A stretch of 64,000 nt of DNA, taken from contig NW_024704742.1 of assembly GCF_018977255.1 (NCBI RefSeq), positions 26,414,001 through 26,478,000 of the forward strand, given 5' to 3'. Both the position numbers and the translations under genes were made by a program. Shown here piece by piece: positions 50,501 to 63,629 of this stretch (positions are counted from its first letter, which is position 1; every line of letters begins with the position of its first letter). Under the pieces are notes generated by a model. It saw nothing but the letters and a program-made list of their open reading frames with translations. It did not search any database and was not told the origin of the DNA. This DNA is from Callorhinchus milii (Eukaryota).

Positions 50501-53500
50501 CCTCTACGACAACTCCAGCTATTTCAAAGTTACATCTTTCTTTTGTGTGTTTCTAACTCCACTTCCCCTGGTCACAGAGATAGCCCCCACTCTTCGCAGG
50601 CTGCTTTGCACAGAGAGCGATATGGACAACTTCTGGGCAGCCTTCCGCAGCCCATCATTCTGTTTAAGATTATCCAAACCAGACTGACAGCTCCTCATAC
50701 ATGCCGCCTACATGTGGACATTTCCCTGTGTCTGGAATCAGCCTCGCTGCAGCCAGATAGATCCCAGAAAGCACATGATAAAAGTAGTAAATCATCACCA
50801 AGTTAATTGAGTGCCAAAGATTGTGGAGCAAAACCTTCAGAATGTTCATCTGTTCCACATCTGCACTCATGAACCAGTGACCTACACTGCCCTCCTTCCC
50901 ACAGAACCACTGCTATCTGAAGGGAGGAGATAAAGGTCTCTGCTGAATCTCTTTCCTCGCATGAGACGTGACGTCCTTTGTCCAGTCTCTTTATTTTGTT
51001 CAGTTTCTTTTAAGTGTAGTGATCGTTTTCCTTGCCAGAATAGTCACCGCGCTTGACGGTAATTGTCGCAAAGTGCTTTGAGGCTCATTCAACATTTAAC
51101 CGACCAAGTCAACTTTTTGTGCAAAATTAAAAAGTGTTTGACCAGCTGTTTCCGCTTCCCTCCACATCTCTTCACGTGTCATCCCTTTTCTTCAACAATC
51201 CTCTACCTGCTCACAGCTCAGTTTACAGTGACCTGTCTGTATGTATCTGCTTTTCAACGTTACCGTATTTGGATGCATCTCACTGAATAATTCCCAGGAA
51301 CATTTTGTGTGNTTTTTTCAGAGTGGGGAGATTCTACATTTGTTGTTTATGGTTTATTTCACAATTCTAGCTTATAACTATTGATGAACAATCTGAACTC
51401 GAAGTCATTACAATTAGTGCATGGTGTCATTGCTGAAATGTGCTTAAATTCTGAGTGGAGATTCCAGCCATATGACTCACTGGCTATTAGACATTCCCGG
51501 TTTGTACTGTAAAATATAGACTGCGCCCTCTGTGAAATATTCTGAAACTTCTTGGTTGTTGTCTCCTTCACAGATTATTGTTAACTCTTTGCTTTCAAGA
51601 GTTTTTGAGGTTATTATGATTTTTACTCCAGCTTAAGACTGCATGACAATAATTTGCAATTATATAGCGCCCTTCATAGCATCTCAGAGTGCTGAAAAGT
51701 ACTCGATATGTAACGTTGTATATCCCAAGAATTATACTTGCTAAGTGTTGAACTTCAACTCTTCTGTGATTTCACGAGTTGCAATTTCTACTGATCTGCT
51801 CATCAAATGCTGCTCAGTAGGGCTCGTACCGAGTTGCTGTACGTGGCAAGGAATCTTTTGACGATTGTGAAATGGATCAGAATCAGCGTTTAGCATTGCA
51901 AAACTAACAGCTATTGGAGGAGCTGCAATATTTATAAGTAAAGGGCGTTGAGCCTTTTGCTTCAGCTTATCATTACCCAAATTATCCCTTACATCTTCAT
52001 GGTGGTTAAAGGTCAGTAGTTGTTCCTTTCCTAATAAAAATACAATAAGCTCTTTATCTCTTGCTGTATTAGTCTTTTTCTGTTTCTCTTTTTGTTAATC
52101 TGCCCTCTTTCTCTGTACTTGATCTGTTTCTCTTTCTGGAGGGTTGTTGGCAGGATACTGGGAGAAACGTCTCTTTTCGAATAGTGCCATGGGATTTTTA
52201 ATATCCACCTGAACAGCCAATGCAGTGCTTCCCCAGGACTGCAGAGGAGTGTCAGCTGAGACCACGTTAGTCCAAGTCCTGACATGGGGTTTAAACCTCA
52301 ACTTTCTGACCCAGAGGCAGGAGAGGCAGGTTGACATCAAAGAGATGTCGACTGACACCCTCCCTGTTCACTTCTCCTTCGAAACAGCAAAAAAATGCTA
52401 TTCTGTTTTCAGATTTTCCCATTCATGCTGTTTGACTTAAGGCAGTAGAACATTTGGGCATTTTAAAACTTTATGATAGTCACAGGAAATATTTTGTGGG
52501 CATCCTTTATCATTCACTTTGACTCTATTTTTGTAGCATTACTATCTTTGACATTAACAGAAAATGCCAAATTTCCACTGGACGTTATAATTAACTGCAG
52601 TTTTCTAGTTACCAAGTTGGGTTTAGGTGGATTCCTGCAAAAGAAAGTTTTCATTTTGCTGGCACAAACTAGGAACAGTAATTGATTGGTGCTTGCTCTG
52701 AAATTGTACTTTTTCTTTAATCTCTTTCCAGATACCTTTCTGCGGCCAAGAGCCAAAACGGAGATCAGGAACTTTAGTTGTTAAGAGTGTGTGGGTGGGG
52801 TGGGATAGTTTTGTTTGGTGGCTGCGAGATGAATGTTCTAATCATCGATTGAAACCATCGCCTTAGCTGCATCATCCTTCCCCCTCCCATGTCGCCTTCC
52901 ACTCCACCCAGACCATCCACACCGCCTTTTCCCTCTGCCACAGATCCTGTCCCTCCCCGCTCCTTACGCTCCTTTCCCCCATTTCTCCATCCACAGTCAC
53001 AATCACCTGCATGAAGTTCACCACCTGCTACCTCGACCACCGCCCCACCCAGCTGCTGGCCACTCAACTCTCCCTCCTCTCCCTCCTGCTGGCCGAACAC
53101 GGTCAACCAGTCTGTCTCCGCAGGCTCTGTTCTGCACCCCCTGAAAACTGTTGCTATCACACCCCTCCTCAAAAAAACCACACTCGATCCCTCTAATCTC
53201 TCACACTACCGTCCCATTCCAATCTACCCTTCCTTGCTAAAGTCCTGGAACACATTGTGACAGGTCAACTTCGGTCCCAGCTCTCCCTCCACTCCCTCCT
53301 CGAGCCCCTGCAGTCTGGTTTTCGCCCTGCCCACAGCACAGAGACAGCGCTTGTCAAAGTCACAAACAACGTCCTCTCTATCTGTGACCAGGGCTCCCTC
53401 TGCCTCCTCATCCTCCTGGATCTCTCTGTCGGGTACTACTTAACCAACCGCTTCCATTCATCTTGGCAAATTATGTCCCTTCCCGGCCCCGCCCCAGGGC

Positions 53501-56500
53501 TCCATTCTTGGCCCTCTTCTTTTCCTCATCTATATGCTCCCTCTTGGTGATGTCATCTGCAGACACGGGATAAACTTCTACATGTATGTGAATGACACAC
53601 AAATCTACTTTGCCTCCTCCAGCATCAACTCCAGGTCCACCAATGTTCTATCAGCTTGTCTGGCAGACATTAGTGCCTGGATGAGTGTAAACTTCCTGCA
53701 GCTGAATGTGGACATTTGCTGACACAAACTAGGAACAGCAATTGAATGGCGCTTGCTCTGAAATTGTATTTTCTCCTTTAATCTCTTTCCAAATACCTTT
53801 CTGCGGTATACTCTTTGGTTATACTCTTTGGCTCCCATCAACGTCTTCACTCCTGCGGATCTAAACTCCTCAACCTCCCTGGCCTCTCCCTCAGACTCAC
53901 TGAACCAGTGTGCAATCTAGCCGTCCGCTTCAACCCCCAGCTGTCCTTCCTCCCCCACATCTGTTCCCTGACCAGGACCGCCTTCCTCCACCTCCGCCAC
54001 ATTGTGGAGTCCTGTAGCTCAGTGGTTAGAGTACTCGCTTTGCAAGTGAGAGACCTGAGTTCAATTCCAGGCAGAGGGCGAAACCTTGGGCAAGTTTCCT
54101 TACTCCACACGCCTAATAATAATCCCTCCAAAAACCCCAAACAATAATAAATTGGTCATTTTCAATCTACAACTGTTTGTGGGACATTGCTGTGCGCAAT
54201 TGGCTGCCGCGTTCGCCCACAAATATACAGTCAATTCACTTTACAGTGTGTTCTGTGAAGCGCTTTGGGACGTCCTCCCGACGTGAAGAGCGCTATATCA
54301 AATGCAAGGATTATTATTATTATTATTACCTGCCTCCGACCATACCTTACCCCAAATGCAGCAGAAACCCTTGTGCATGTGTTTGTCACCTCCCGCTTGG
54401 ATTACTCCAACGCACTCCTCACTGGCTTCCCCAGCTCCACCATTCAAAAAAAAATCCAGCTCATTCAGAACTCTGTCGCCCGCATACTTGAACCGGACCA
54501 AACTCCGTACCCCCATCTCACAGGTTCTGGCCAGGCTTCACTGGTTCCTCATCACTGAACGGATCGACTTCAAGATGCTCACAATCATGTTCAAATCCAT
54601 TCGACCTCCTCACTCCCCAATCCACCACCCGGCGCCTCCGCTCGACTGGCACTGGCCTCCTGCTCGTGCCTCGCACCCTCCACCCCACCATCGGAGGTCG
54701 TGCTTTCAACCACTACACCCCGAAACTCTGGAACACTCTCCCTCAATCCTTCCACGTTGCCCCCTCTCTCCCTTTTTTCAAGTCCCGCCTGAAAACATTC
54801 TTCGACCATGTTTACAGACAACTCCCCCCGGCTTGGAGTCAGGCTCCGCCACTGTTAAGCGCTCTGAGACGCTGCCCTGCATGGAGGGCGCTATATAAGT
54901 GCATGTTGTTATTGTAGTCCCACTGCATAGTAGCTGCTTCAGAAAAGGAGCAAAAAGGGAAGGAAGTAAGATATGTGGAAAGGAAATGAAGGGGTCTATT
55001 CTGGGTTTTTAAAACATTAGTGGTGAAATGACACACAAAGCTGAAATGTACTGTTCATTGAAGTCGTATTTCGCAAGTTTTCCGGTTTTCTTTTGAAACA
55101 AATCTGCATTTGCTGCTACTGCACATAAAGTGAATCTGGTCAATGATTTCTACTGCACGCTTGTGATTTATGTTTTGGTTGCACCACCATTATTTCAGTG
55201 CTAACTGTTTCATCCACTATTTAATTCTGTTCTCAGGCATTGTGGCAGAAGAGTTCAATGAAGAACCCGAAGTGTCAATTGAGGAAGAAGAAGAAAAAGC
55301 CAGATATGGTGACGCAAAGTCACAGACTGAGGTGGATCGTGCCCTTTACTGCTCATTAATGCTTTATCGAATGGGCAGAAGTGGGGTTAAAGAGTGTATG
55401 TGTCCGGGAGGGAGGGGGAGAATAACATAAGGACATTTCCCTTTTAAAAGTGTTCTGGCGGATATTCTTGCATTAAATGGTCTTCCCACATCCCCTCCTG
55501 CTTGTTCTTAGTTCAGAAATTAAGGTGTGTCCATTAAATATCTGTTCGTCAGTAATGGCTTAAGGCATGAAAGGTAAAATATTTAAGTGTTTTGTAAAAA
55601 AAAACTCTTCACGTAAGGTTCAGTGAGTTCTTGCTGTATCTATAGCCATGCCCTAATAGTTTGTACAGGCCTAGAAAGTAATTCCTTGTATTATTTTTCA
55701 TAACAAGCTGATATAAGCGAGAAGACCCGGGTTCGATTTGATTCCCGGGCGGTGCAAAATCTAAGTTTCCCAACTCCACACACATGCCTGTCTACCTCGC
55801 AGTAAGTTGGAACCCAGTTGTTAGTTGATTGGTGGATCGCTTTCTGGGGTTAATAATTCCTCAAAAAAATGTGATCATTCAATCCACAACTGTTTGTGGG
55901 ACACTGCTGTGTGCAATTCCTGCTGTGTTTTACCCACAAAATACACAGTCACTTCACTTTATAGTATATTCTGTGAAGCTCTTTAAGATGTCTAAAAGAC
56001 GTGATAAGGCGCTTTCATGAAATGCAAGGATTATTATAATGGTACAATACAGCTACCACATTTTTTTCTATAGTTATTTATAATAATCATTGCATTTGAC
56101 ATAGCACCCATAAAGTCAAAATTTCTCATAGTTAATTCACAGTCAATTGCTGTTAAATGTGGTGACTATATTTGTAAGTAAACACTCAATCATTTTTTTT
56201 GCACCGTAAGGTCCTACAAAGGCAGGAAGGGAATAGCAAATGTATCTGAAGGATTGTCGATCAGAACATTGGAAGAATCTCCCCATTTTGAACACTTTTA
56301 TGGTATCTTTAACATCCACCTGAATGAACAGACAGGATCTCTCTGTTAATAATAATAATCCTTGCATTTGATATAGCACCTTATGTCATTGAGATGTTTC
56401 AAAGCGCTTCACAGAATATACTGTAAAGTGAATTGACTGTGTATTTTGTGGGTGAAGAGTGGCAGCCATTGCGCACAGCAGTGTCCCACAAACAGTCGTG

Positions 56501-59500
56501 GATTGAGTGATCAAGTTATTATGTTTTTTTGAAGGGATTATTACCCCCGGAAAGCGATCCGCCAATCGACTAACAACCAGGTTTCCACTTACTGCTAGGT
56601 AAACAGTGGCGTGTGGAGTAAGGAAACTTGCCCAACATTTCACCCTGCTGAGTATCTAACCCAGGTCTCTCGCTTGCGAGGCGAGTGTTCTAACCACTGA
56701 GCTCTCAGGCACATCTGAGAGGTACAGTGCTACTGCAGTGTATGATTAGACAGTTGGCTTGAACTTCTAAGCAGTCCTAGCCTATTAGACAATTTTAGTT
56801 TTCAAAATCCCAAGAGGTAAATTATAAATGTGTATCTCAATTCACTTACTCAAAAAATAAAATGCATGTGCTGGAAACTTCTTCCTGCCCACGATGCTTT
56901 ACTCTTCAAATTAGTTTCTTACTGTAGTTATCTGGGTAACTTTCAGATCAGAACCGTGTCCACAGCATGTTAGTGTTAATGTTTGAAATTGTGAACAGTA
57001 GGCAAACCTCTTCGTTATCGCGGATTGGCTGTGACGTACAGATGGTAACAGCTGGTCTGTTCTTTTTGTTTTGCTTTGATGTTAGGTTGGTAAATATTAC
57101 CTAAAGCTGGCTGAGGAAACTGATGAGGAGCTGAACAACTGTATGGCTGTAAATTGGTTGATTCACTCAGCCAAACAGGGCAAGAGGGAAGCAGTGAAGC
57201 TGCTAAAGAAATGCCTTATGGAAAGGAAAGGTAGGTTTTCTTTTTAAATTTTCCTGTTGTGGTGTTTCTTCTCCGGAACACCCACCCCATATACCTGCAC
57301 GGACTTGCTGCCCATTCCTCAGTTGAAACAAATATCAGTATATTCCCTCTTCTTCCTCTAACCCCCAACTGCACAATGTGAGATCTTGTCCTTGACTAGA
57401 TGTCTGTGTCTGACAACAACCTAGGAGCAGGAAGATGATATTCAGTAATGTGCATTAGTACAGTTATATATAGAAATACATCCTTCGGCTGGGACATTAA
57501 ACTGTGGTCCCGTCTGCTTGTTCAAGTGGATGTTAAAGATCCCATGGCACTAATCAAAAAGTGAAGGGAGTTTCTCATGGTGTCCTGGCCAGCAATACCC
57601 CAAATAAAATTGGTCACTCACTCCATGGCTGTTTGTGGGACATGGCTATGCACAACTGGCTGCTGCACTTTGCCCACAAAATACAGTCACTGCACTTTAC
57701 AGTATATCCAGTGAAGTGCTTTGAGACATCTCAACAACGTAAAAAGGCGCTATATCGAATGCACAGATTAATATATTATTATTAGTGTGAGCAGCTAGCC
57801 TGGAAATGAGCATGTGTATCTAAATAATCTAATGAGCTGCACCATTCTAGAATATGTCGTGCTCAATTTAGTTTACTCATGAAGTTGGGAAGTATTAAAA
57901 GACTCCTTTTCATCTTCTAATCCCAAGGGAATGTTGATTGCTGGAATTCACTTACCTCCAGAATGAATCAACACTTCACCCCACCCAACCAATATGACTA
58001 GCAGGGTATATAGGTTATACAGCTGTGAAAGTAGTCTGATACTTCAATATTCTGCTAGGAACTATTTTATAATAGTTTAGTTCTGTGATTTGATGTTCTA
58101 TGCTTGTTGCACTCACAAAGCACTTTCTTTCCCTACAAAAGAAGAGTGGGGACTAAATAGCAAATATGACGTCTTGCTCTGTCATTTAAGTAAATTATTT
58201 CGCACTTTGTAACATCCTAATTCAATCCTAAAACTGATTATTAATAATAATCATAATCTTTGCATTTGAACTATCTCCTTTCACGTTGGAGACCGTCTCA
58301 AAGCACTTCACAGCAATTCCTGCAAAATGCAATGATCGTGTTTGTAGGCGAATGCAGCAGCTAATTTATACTTACAATTTCCTCATTCAACCGTGAAATT
58401 AATCACCAATTTTGTAAGGGAGATTGTTGGATAGGACACAAGGAGACTGCAGAGAAAAGAGAACTTGTTTCAACATGTAAAGAAAATGCTTGGATTAGAG
58501 AATATGCAGCTGTAGCCGTATAGGTGTTCTTTCCCCATCTTTTCCCACCCTCTCCCCACACACATGCATCACATACATCACACAGTGACCATCCTGTAAA
58601 AATCAGAATGTATGTTACTTTTACTTGCAGGCATCACATCTGAAAACGAACAGGATGTGAAACAGCTCACGAGTGAGACTGAATTTGAGAGAGTCGTGAG
58701 GAAGGCGACCTTAGTCATGTACTGGAAACTCAATCCAAAGAGAAAGAAAGAGGTGGCAGTGTCCGAACTCCTGGAGAATGTCAGCCATGTCAATGCCGAA
58801 GGTATGATAATCGAGCCTCCAAGAGAAAGGCATCTGCGGGAATCACATTAGATACGGTTTTAAGGACTGCGACAGTGTGTACACCACCCCAGAACATGTC
58901 TCACATTTATAGTGTTTAAATTCACATCAGTAAGTTAACTTGCGTCGCTTGTATTCTGCAGAAAGTGGGGTACAATCAGGACCTGTTCCAGAAACACTAC
59001 AAAAACAGAGGCGTGTCCTTGAACGGCTTGTCAGCAATCAAAGTAAGGAATGAAACCCGTTTGTTTAACACTCCTCCTGTTCTGTCTCCGAGCTTTTTTT
59101 ATTTATATAGAGTGTAACAATATAAATATATAATAATCCTTGCATTAGAAGACATTAGAATATACAGCACAGAAATAGGCCATTCGGCCCAACTGGTCTA
59201 TGCCGGTGTTTATGCTCCACATGAGCCTCTTCCTGCCTTTCCTCAACTAAGCCTTCAAGCGTAACCTTCTATTCCTGTCTCCCTCATGTACCTATCCAGC
59301 TTCCCTTAAATACATCTATGCTATTTGCCTCAACAACTCCTTGTTCCACATCCCCACTACTCTCTGTATGAAGAAATTTTTCCAACTTCCCTATTTGATC
59401 TACTTATGACTATTTTATTAATCCTTGGTTTTGAAGTGACACATTGTCGAAACATCTCAAAGAGCTTTACAGGATTTAACTGTACGGTGAGTGTTAAGTG

Positions 59501-62500
59501 CTTTGTGAAGTATTTTGTAGGCAAACCTAGCAGAAATGTCCCACAAACAGCCATGAAGTGAATAACTGGATGTCGGCCATTTTGTGCATTAAAAACAGCC
59601 TTCGTCTGGGTCATCAGGTCACAGACGGTGTCACTTCCTGCATTGTTGGTGGCAAAGTGATGACACGGAAGTTGGCCTTTGGAGTGGAAGGTGGTTGACA
59701 GCAGGAAGCGAGACGCTAGTAGTCAAATCGACTATTGAAACTTCGTTATCAGACAGGCATGTTAGGATTTAACAGCCGCTTTATAATGAGGTTCCCCTAT
59801 ACGTAGCAGGGAGGCACTCAGTAGTGAAGCCAGAATACAGAGAGTTGGAGGTCAGGTGGCTTGGATCAGGGTCACACTTGCCCAGCTTCTGAAGCCTGCT
59901 GTAGATATGTCTTAGAATTGTCTTAAGGATAATTGCTTTTTATGGGGAATGGGAGATGCCTGGAGCCACATTGGTTACAAGTGAGCATTGGATTTGGGGT
60001 TGTCTTATAATAATAATAATCCTTGCATTTGATATAGCGCTTTTTACGTCGGGAGGACGTCCCAAAGCACTTCACAGAACACACTGTAAAGTGAATTGAC
60101 TGTATATTTGTGGGCGAACGCGGCAGCCAATTGCGCACAGCAATGTCCCACAAACAGTCGTAGATTGAAAATGACCAATTTTATTATTGTTTTTGGTTTT
60201 GGAGGGATTATTATTAGGAGTAAGGAAACTTGCCCAAGGTTTTGCCCTGCCTGGAATTGAACTCAGGTCTCGCTTGCAAAGCGAGTGCTCTAACCACTGA
60301 GCTACAGGACTCCACGATCCAGCTTTGTTCCTGTCAACTGAAATATATCTGCGCTACTGTTTCAGGTAACAAGAGCATGATGTTGGATGACTTTGTTGAC
60401 ATCACAAAGAAATACGCCAAGGGCATCATTCCAGCTAACGTGTTCTTACAGGGAGAGGATGATGACCTGCAAGGCAAAGGGCCCGAAGACCTGCCTCTGA
60501 GGCAGAAGGTACAGTACTGTAACCTGGGAGCGGGGTGGGGAGAGGGGGAATCTAGCTCATGGGTTCCAGAAATGAGACTCTTCATATATTTATCTCAATA
60601 ATGGTGGTAGATTGTTGATCCCATTACAAGTGTAAACCCCAGTGCTTTGCTTTTGAGGCAATTTTACAGCAACCATAATTGCAATTTTTTCTAAGAGATT
60701 TTCCCTCTGACAAGATGTTGAATCCAAGCACTGAACTGGTGTGTAGCAACGTAAATTTATTCGGTGGATGTTAAACTGTTCAGTATAGAGCGAGTGGAGA
60801 CGGGAAGGGGTTGCAACTAAATCCACTATCACACTCTGCTGATTCCCCTGAAGGTTAATTGTTGTCTAGCTGGTCTTGGGTTCTATTGATTTCTTCCTGA
60901 GTATTACTTCATTCTCTTACTAGTAGATTCCCAATTCAAGATTTACAAGGACAAATCCTTGCATTCCTGCCTGGTTGTAGTACATGCACAACCTGTTACT
61001 ATCTTTTTGGCGAGCAGTGGTGACAACAGTGGGAATCCATTTGAAAGCTCATATGCTGCTGAACGCTAACAACATCTCAGGACTAAGTCATGATCACGAT
61101 GAGACAATTATGATGACTGACAATTTTTTTTAAGGTACAGTTGCGTTTAATTGTATTATTATAGTAAACAAATGCATTTTATCTGTCACTCTCTGCAGAT
61201 CCTGAAATACCCACTTTATGCCTTAATGGATGTGAAAGAGCACCTTATTGATATGGCCTCAAAGGCTGGAATCCACTGGTTGCAGACAATTATGCCAATC
61301 CAACACATAAATGCCTTAATCTTTTTTTTCATCATTAGCAACTTGACAATCAACTTTTTTGCCTTTGTCATCCCTCTGATTGTCTTCTACCTTTCCTTCA
61401 TCTCCATGGTGATCTGTACTCTGAAAGTCTTTCAGGACAGCAAAGCTTGGGACAATTTCAGGGCATTGACTGACTTACTGCTCCGCTTTGAGCCCAATCT
61501 CGATGTAGAGCAAGCGGAGGTAAACTTCAGTTGGAGTCATTTGGAACCGTACGTCCACTTCATGCTGTCTGTGTTTTTTGTGATCCTTTCCTTCCCTTTA
61601 TCTGACAGAGCTTGGATTTGCTGTTCAGAGCTTGCAGTCATTGCAGTTTTCTTCACAATTACCTCTTACATGAGCTTGAGTACGTCTGCAGAACCATACA
61701 CACGATTCGCTCTTATTACAGAGGTAACCTGCTCGGCTTTGGGTTTGCTCGAGTCCCTTCCTGATTCCTGGTACTACCTGAGACTCCTCAGTAAATCCTT
61801 TATGTCTATCCCTCTAGGCAATGTCCTGGTTTTGAATCTAGGCATCCCCTGTCTGTTGTATTTTTTCTTGTTCTACTTGTTCTTTCGAATGGCACAACTG
61901 AGGCAATTCAAAGGCACTTACTGCTATCTGATTCCTTATCTGGTGTGCTTTATGTGGTGCGAATTGGCGTTAGTACTCCTGAAGCAATCCACAGGAATCG
62001 GTCTGACTCGGGCATCCATTGGCTATTTCTTGTTCCTCTTTGCCCTACCAATTCTCTCCATTGCGCTTGCAGTAATGTTTGTGATACAGTTCATCAAGTG
62101 GTTCATTTCCATGGACGTGTTAAAGATATCTGTAACCCTCATTTTGTGCAGTATCCCCATCGTTCTTCGCATGTGGTCAAAATCGCCCTTCACTGTGGTA
62201 GGGTTCCTCAAGTCCTTGACGAGTAGTTCAATAGTCAAACTGATCTTGGTCTGGCTGACCGCCATTGTGGTTTTCTGCTGGGTGTATGTGTATAGGTCAG
62301 AGGGCATGAATGTGTATAATTCCACCCTGACGTGGCAACAGTACAGCTTCACGTGTGGACCACGTGCCTGGAAGGAGACTAACATGGCTCGGGTTCAGAT
62401 GGTTTGCGGCCACTTGGAGGGGCATAGAGTTACCTGGACGGGGAGATTCAAATACGTTCGCGTCACTGATATCGACAACAGCGCCGAGTCTGCCATAAAC

Positions 62501-63007
62501 ATGCTTCCGATGTTCTTAGGTGACTGGATGAGGTGTTTGTACGGGGAGCCTTATCCTCAGTGTGATCCCATATCTGTCACCTTGGAGGAGGAGGAACTTT
62601 GTCGCCTTAAGTTTCTCACCAAATATCAGTGCCACCTTAAAATGTTTGCAAGATATAAATTTGAAATAACGGTGGGCATGCCTTACAGTAAAAACATAAG
62701 CAAGGTCTTGGAGGAGGACGATGCCACCAAAGACATTGTACTGAAGGCCAGCAGTGAGTTCAAGAACGTTCTGCTCAACCTGAGGCAAGGAAGTCTGGTG
62801 GAATTCAGCACAATCCTGGAGGGCAGGTTAGGCAGCAAATGGCCAGTCTTTGAACTGAAAGCAATCGGATGCCTCAACTGCATGTCGAAGCAAACACCGG
62901 CGGGATCAAGGCACGTCAAGATTGAACAAGACTGGAGAGGCACCGTGGTGCAGGCCTTCAAATTTGCATTCAATTTCTTATTTGCTCCGTTCTTACACAC
63001 TGTATAA
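47376..63007 (+). CDS. WFS1: Wolframin ER transmembrane glycoprotein, spliced CDS join(47376-47572,55237-55331,57086-57230,58631-58801,58962-59042,60366-60508,61199-63007); about 879 aa after removing one C at 47382-47385
   Basis: The exons translate to recognisable wolframin motifs ([81 protein letters not shown]). All introns are GT-AG with consistent phases once one C is removed. Confidence 0.96.
47654..48705 (+). repeat. About 1 kb C/T polypyrimidine low-complexity tract in WFS1 intron 1
   Basis: Seen directly. Confidence 0.95.
49084..49398 (+). mobile_element. Same SINE family, full length
   Basis: Similar over its full length to 54004-54328. Confidence 0.9.
49399..49666. mobile_element. 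hAT (Blackjack-like) non-autonomous element remnant
   Basis: Ends TAAGGTGACCATA and TAGGGTCAGCCTA resemble TAGGGTGACCA-type TIRs. Confidence 0.4.
52990..54915 (+). mobile_element. Degenerate L2-clade LINE (reverse transcriptase region to 3' end), interrupted by a SINE and a templated insert
   Basis: [60 protein letters not shown]; 3' tail GGGCGCTATATAAGTGCATGTTGTT. Confidence 0.9.
54004..54328 (+). mobile_element. Young tRNA(Ala-like)-derived SINE with L2-type 3' tail and (TTA)n end, nested in an L2 element
   Basis: A box TAGCTCAGTGG, TTTGCAA loop, B box GAGTTCAATTCC; tail AAATGCAAGGATTATTATT; near-identical copies elsewhere in the window. Confidence 0.92.
55237..55331 (+). CDS. WFS1: WFS1 coding exon 2
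   Basis: ttctcag|GCATT...ACTGAG|gtggat; [32 protein letters not shown]. Confidence 0.9.
55715..56040 (+). mobile_element. Older SINE subfamily copy
   Basis: Similarity to 13587-13943. Confidence 0.8.
56347..56706 (-). mobile_element. Older SINE subfamily copy
   Basis: Reverse-complement similarity to 13587-13943. Confidence 0.85.
57086..57230 (+). CDS. WFS1: WFS1 coding exon 3
   Basis: gttag|GTTGGT...GAAAG|gtagg, 145 nt; [48 protein letters not shown]. Confidence 0.95.
58631..58801 (+). CDS. WFS1: WFS1 coding exon 4
   Basis: ttgcag|GCATC...GAAG|gtatga, 171 nt; [56 protein letters not shown]. Confidence 0.95.
58962..59042 (+). CDS. WFS1: WFS1 coding exon 5
   Basis: ctgcag|AAAGT...CAAA|gtaagg, 81 nt; [26 protein letters not shown]. 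Confidence 0.93.
60006..60315 (-). mobile_element. Same SINE family, near full length
   Basis: Reverse-complement copy with a short internal deletion. Confidence 0.9.
60366..60508 (+). CDS. WFS1: WFS1 coding exon 6
   Basis: tttcag|GTAAC...CAGAAG|gtacag; [47 protein letters not shown]. Confidence 0.95.
61199..63007 (+). CDS. WFS1: WFS1 large terminal coding exon (transmembrane region and luminal C-terminus)
   Basis: ctgcag|ATCCTGAAA, open for 602 codons to TAA; many hydrophobic segments and a Cys-rich luminal domain. Confidence 0.98.
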   Translation: MLKYPLYALMDVKEHLIDMASKAGIHWLQTIMPIQHINALIFFFIISNLTINFFAFVIPLIVFYLSFISMVICTLKVFQDSKAWDNFRALTDLLLRFEPNLDVEQAEVNFSWSHLEPYVHFMLSVFFVILSFPLSDRAWICCSELAVIAVFFTITSYMSLSTSAEPYTRFALITEVTCSALGLLESLPDSWYYLRLLSKSFMSIPLGNVLVLNLGIPCLLYFFLFYLFFRMAQLRQFKGTYCYLIPYLVCFMWCELALVLLKQSTGIGLTRASIGYFLFLFALPILSIALAVMFVIQFIKWFISMDVLKISVTLILCSIPIVLRMWSKSPFTVVGFLKSLTSSSIVKLILVWLTAIVVFCWVYVYRSEGMNVYNSTLTWQQYSFTCGPRAWKETNMARVQMVCGHLEGHRVTWTGRFKYVRVTDIDNSAESAINMLPMFLGDWMRCLYGEPYPQCDPISVTLEEEELCRLKFLTKYQCHLKMFARYKFEITVGMPYSKNISKVLEEDDATKDIVLKASSEFKNVLLNLRQGSLVEFSTILEGRLGSKWPVFELKAIGCLNCMSKQTPAGSRHVKIEQDWRGTVVQAFKFAFNFLFAPFLHTV

Positions 63008-63623
63008 TCCAAAGCCTTTCGTTTAGTTGAGGTAGTTTCACTCCTTACTACCTAAAGTGCGAAACATTTACTTTTTGTTTGCAAGTACTACAAACTCCAG
63101 AGATAATGCATATTGTGGGATGTCTGGGTGGTGATATTCCTCTTTCTACAAAGTGCAATGACTTTGATGAATGTTACTGGAGTTTCCCTGTTATAAGTAC
63201 ATATCAACAAAGCCACTTCACTTACCAACGAGTGCAATATCTCAACCTCAGTGTTTAACAGTTTGGGAATTCTGTGTCATTGAAAGCAATGGGAATGCAT
63301 AGAGGACAACAAAAGTATGCGTTCCCCAATTTGCTAAACTTCCAATAGGCAGAAGTATTCCTAATGTATTTGGTGTACATTGTAGTTTAAGGTACCGCAT
63401 TCAAATTGTTTTGGTACAGAAACTATCTATGTTTTTTTGTCCAATAGCTTTACCTCGCTTAATAATTGGGAGCTGAAGATGGATAGCATAAATATGGCAT
63501 TTATAATTTACGTAGGACTTACATGACTGTTTAATGAACAGTGATATTAGCCTATCTAAATATGCATTAAATGGGCAGTAACCGTGGAATAATGAGCAGC
63601 CTTGCATGTTTTTGACATGATAT

Positions 63624-63629
63624 AATAAA
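63624..63629 (+). terminator. Candidate WFS1 polyadenylation signal AATAAA
   Basis: Canonical hexamer about 0.6 kb after the stop; usage not demonstrable from sequence. Confidence 0.4.

Noticed and set aside
50578..50806. Possible alternative WFS1 exon (acceptor-like site, ATGGAC)
   Set aside because: No wolframin similarity, stops in all frames and no suitable donor.
54004..54080. tRNA-Ala gene calls at SINE heads
   Set aside because: No proper acceptor stem, and each head continues into a SINE body and LINE-type tail.
62023..63012. Antisense ORFs over the WFS1 last exon
   Set aside because: Shadow ORFs of a real coding exon.
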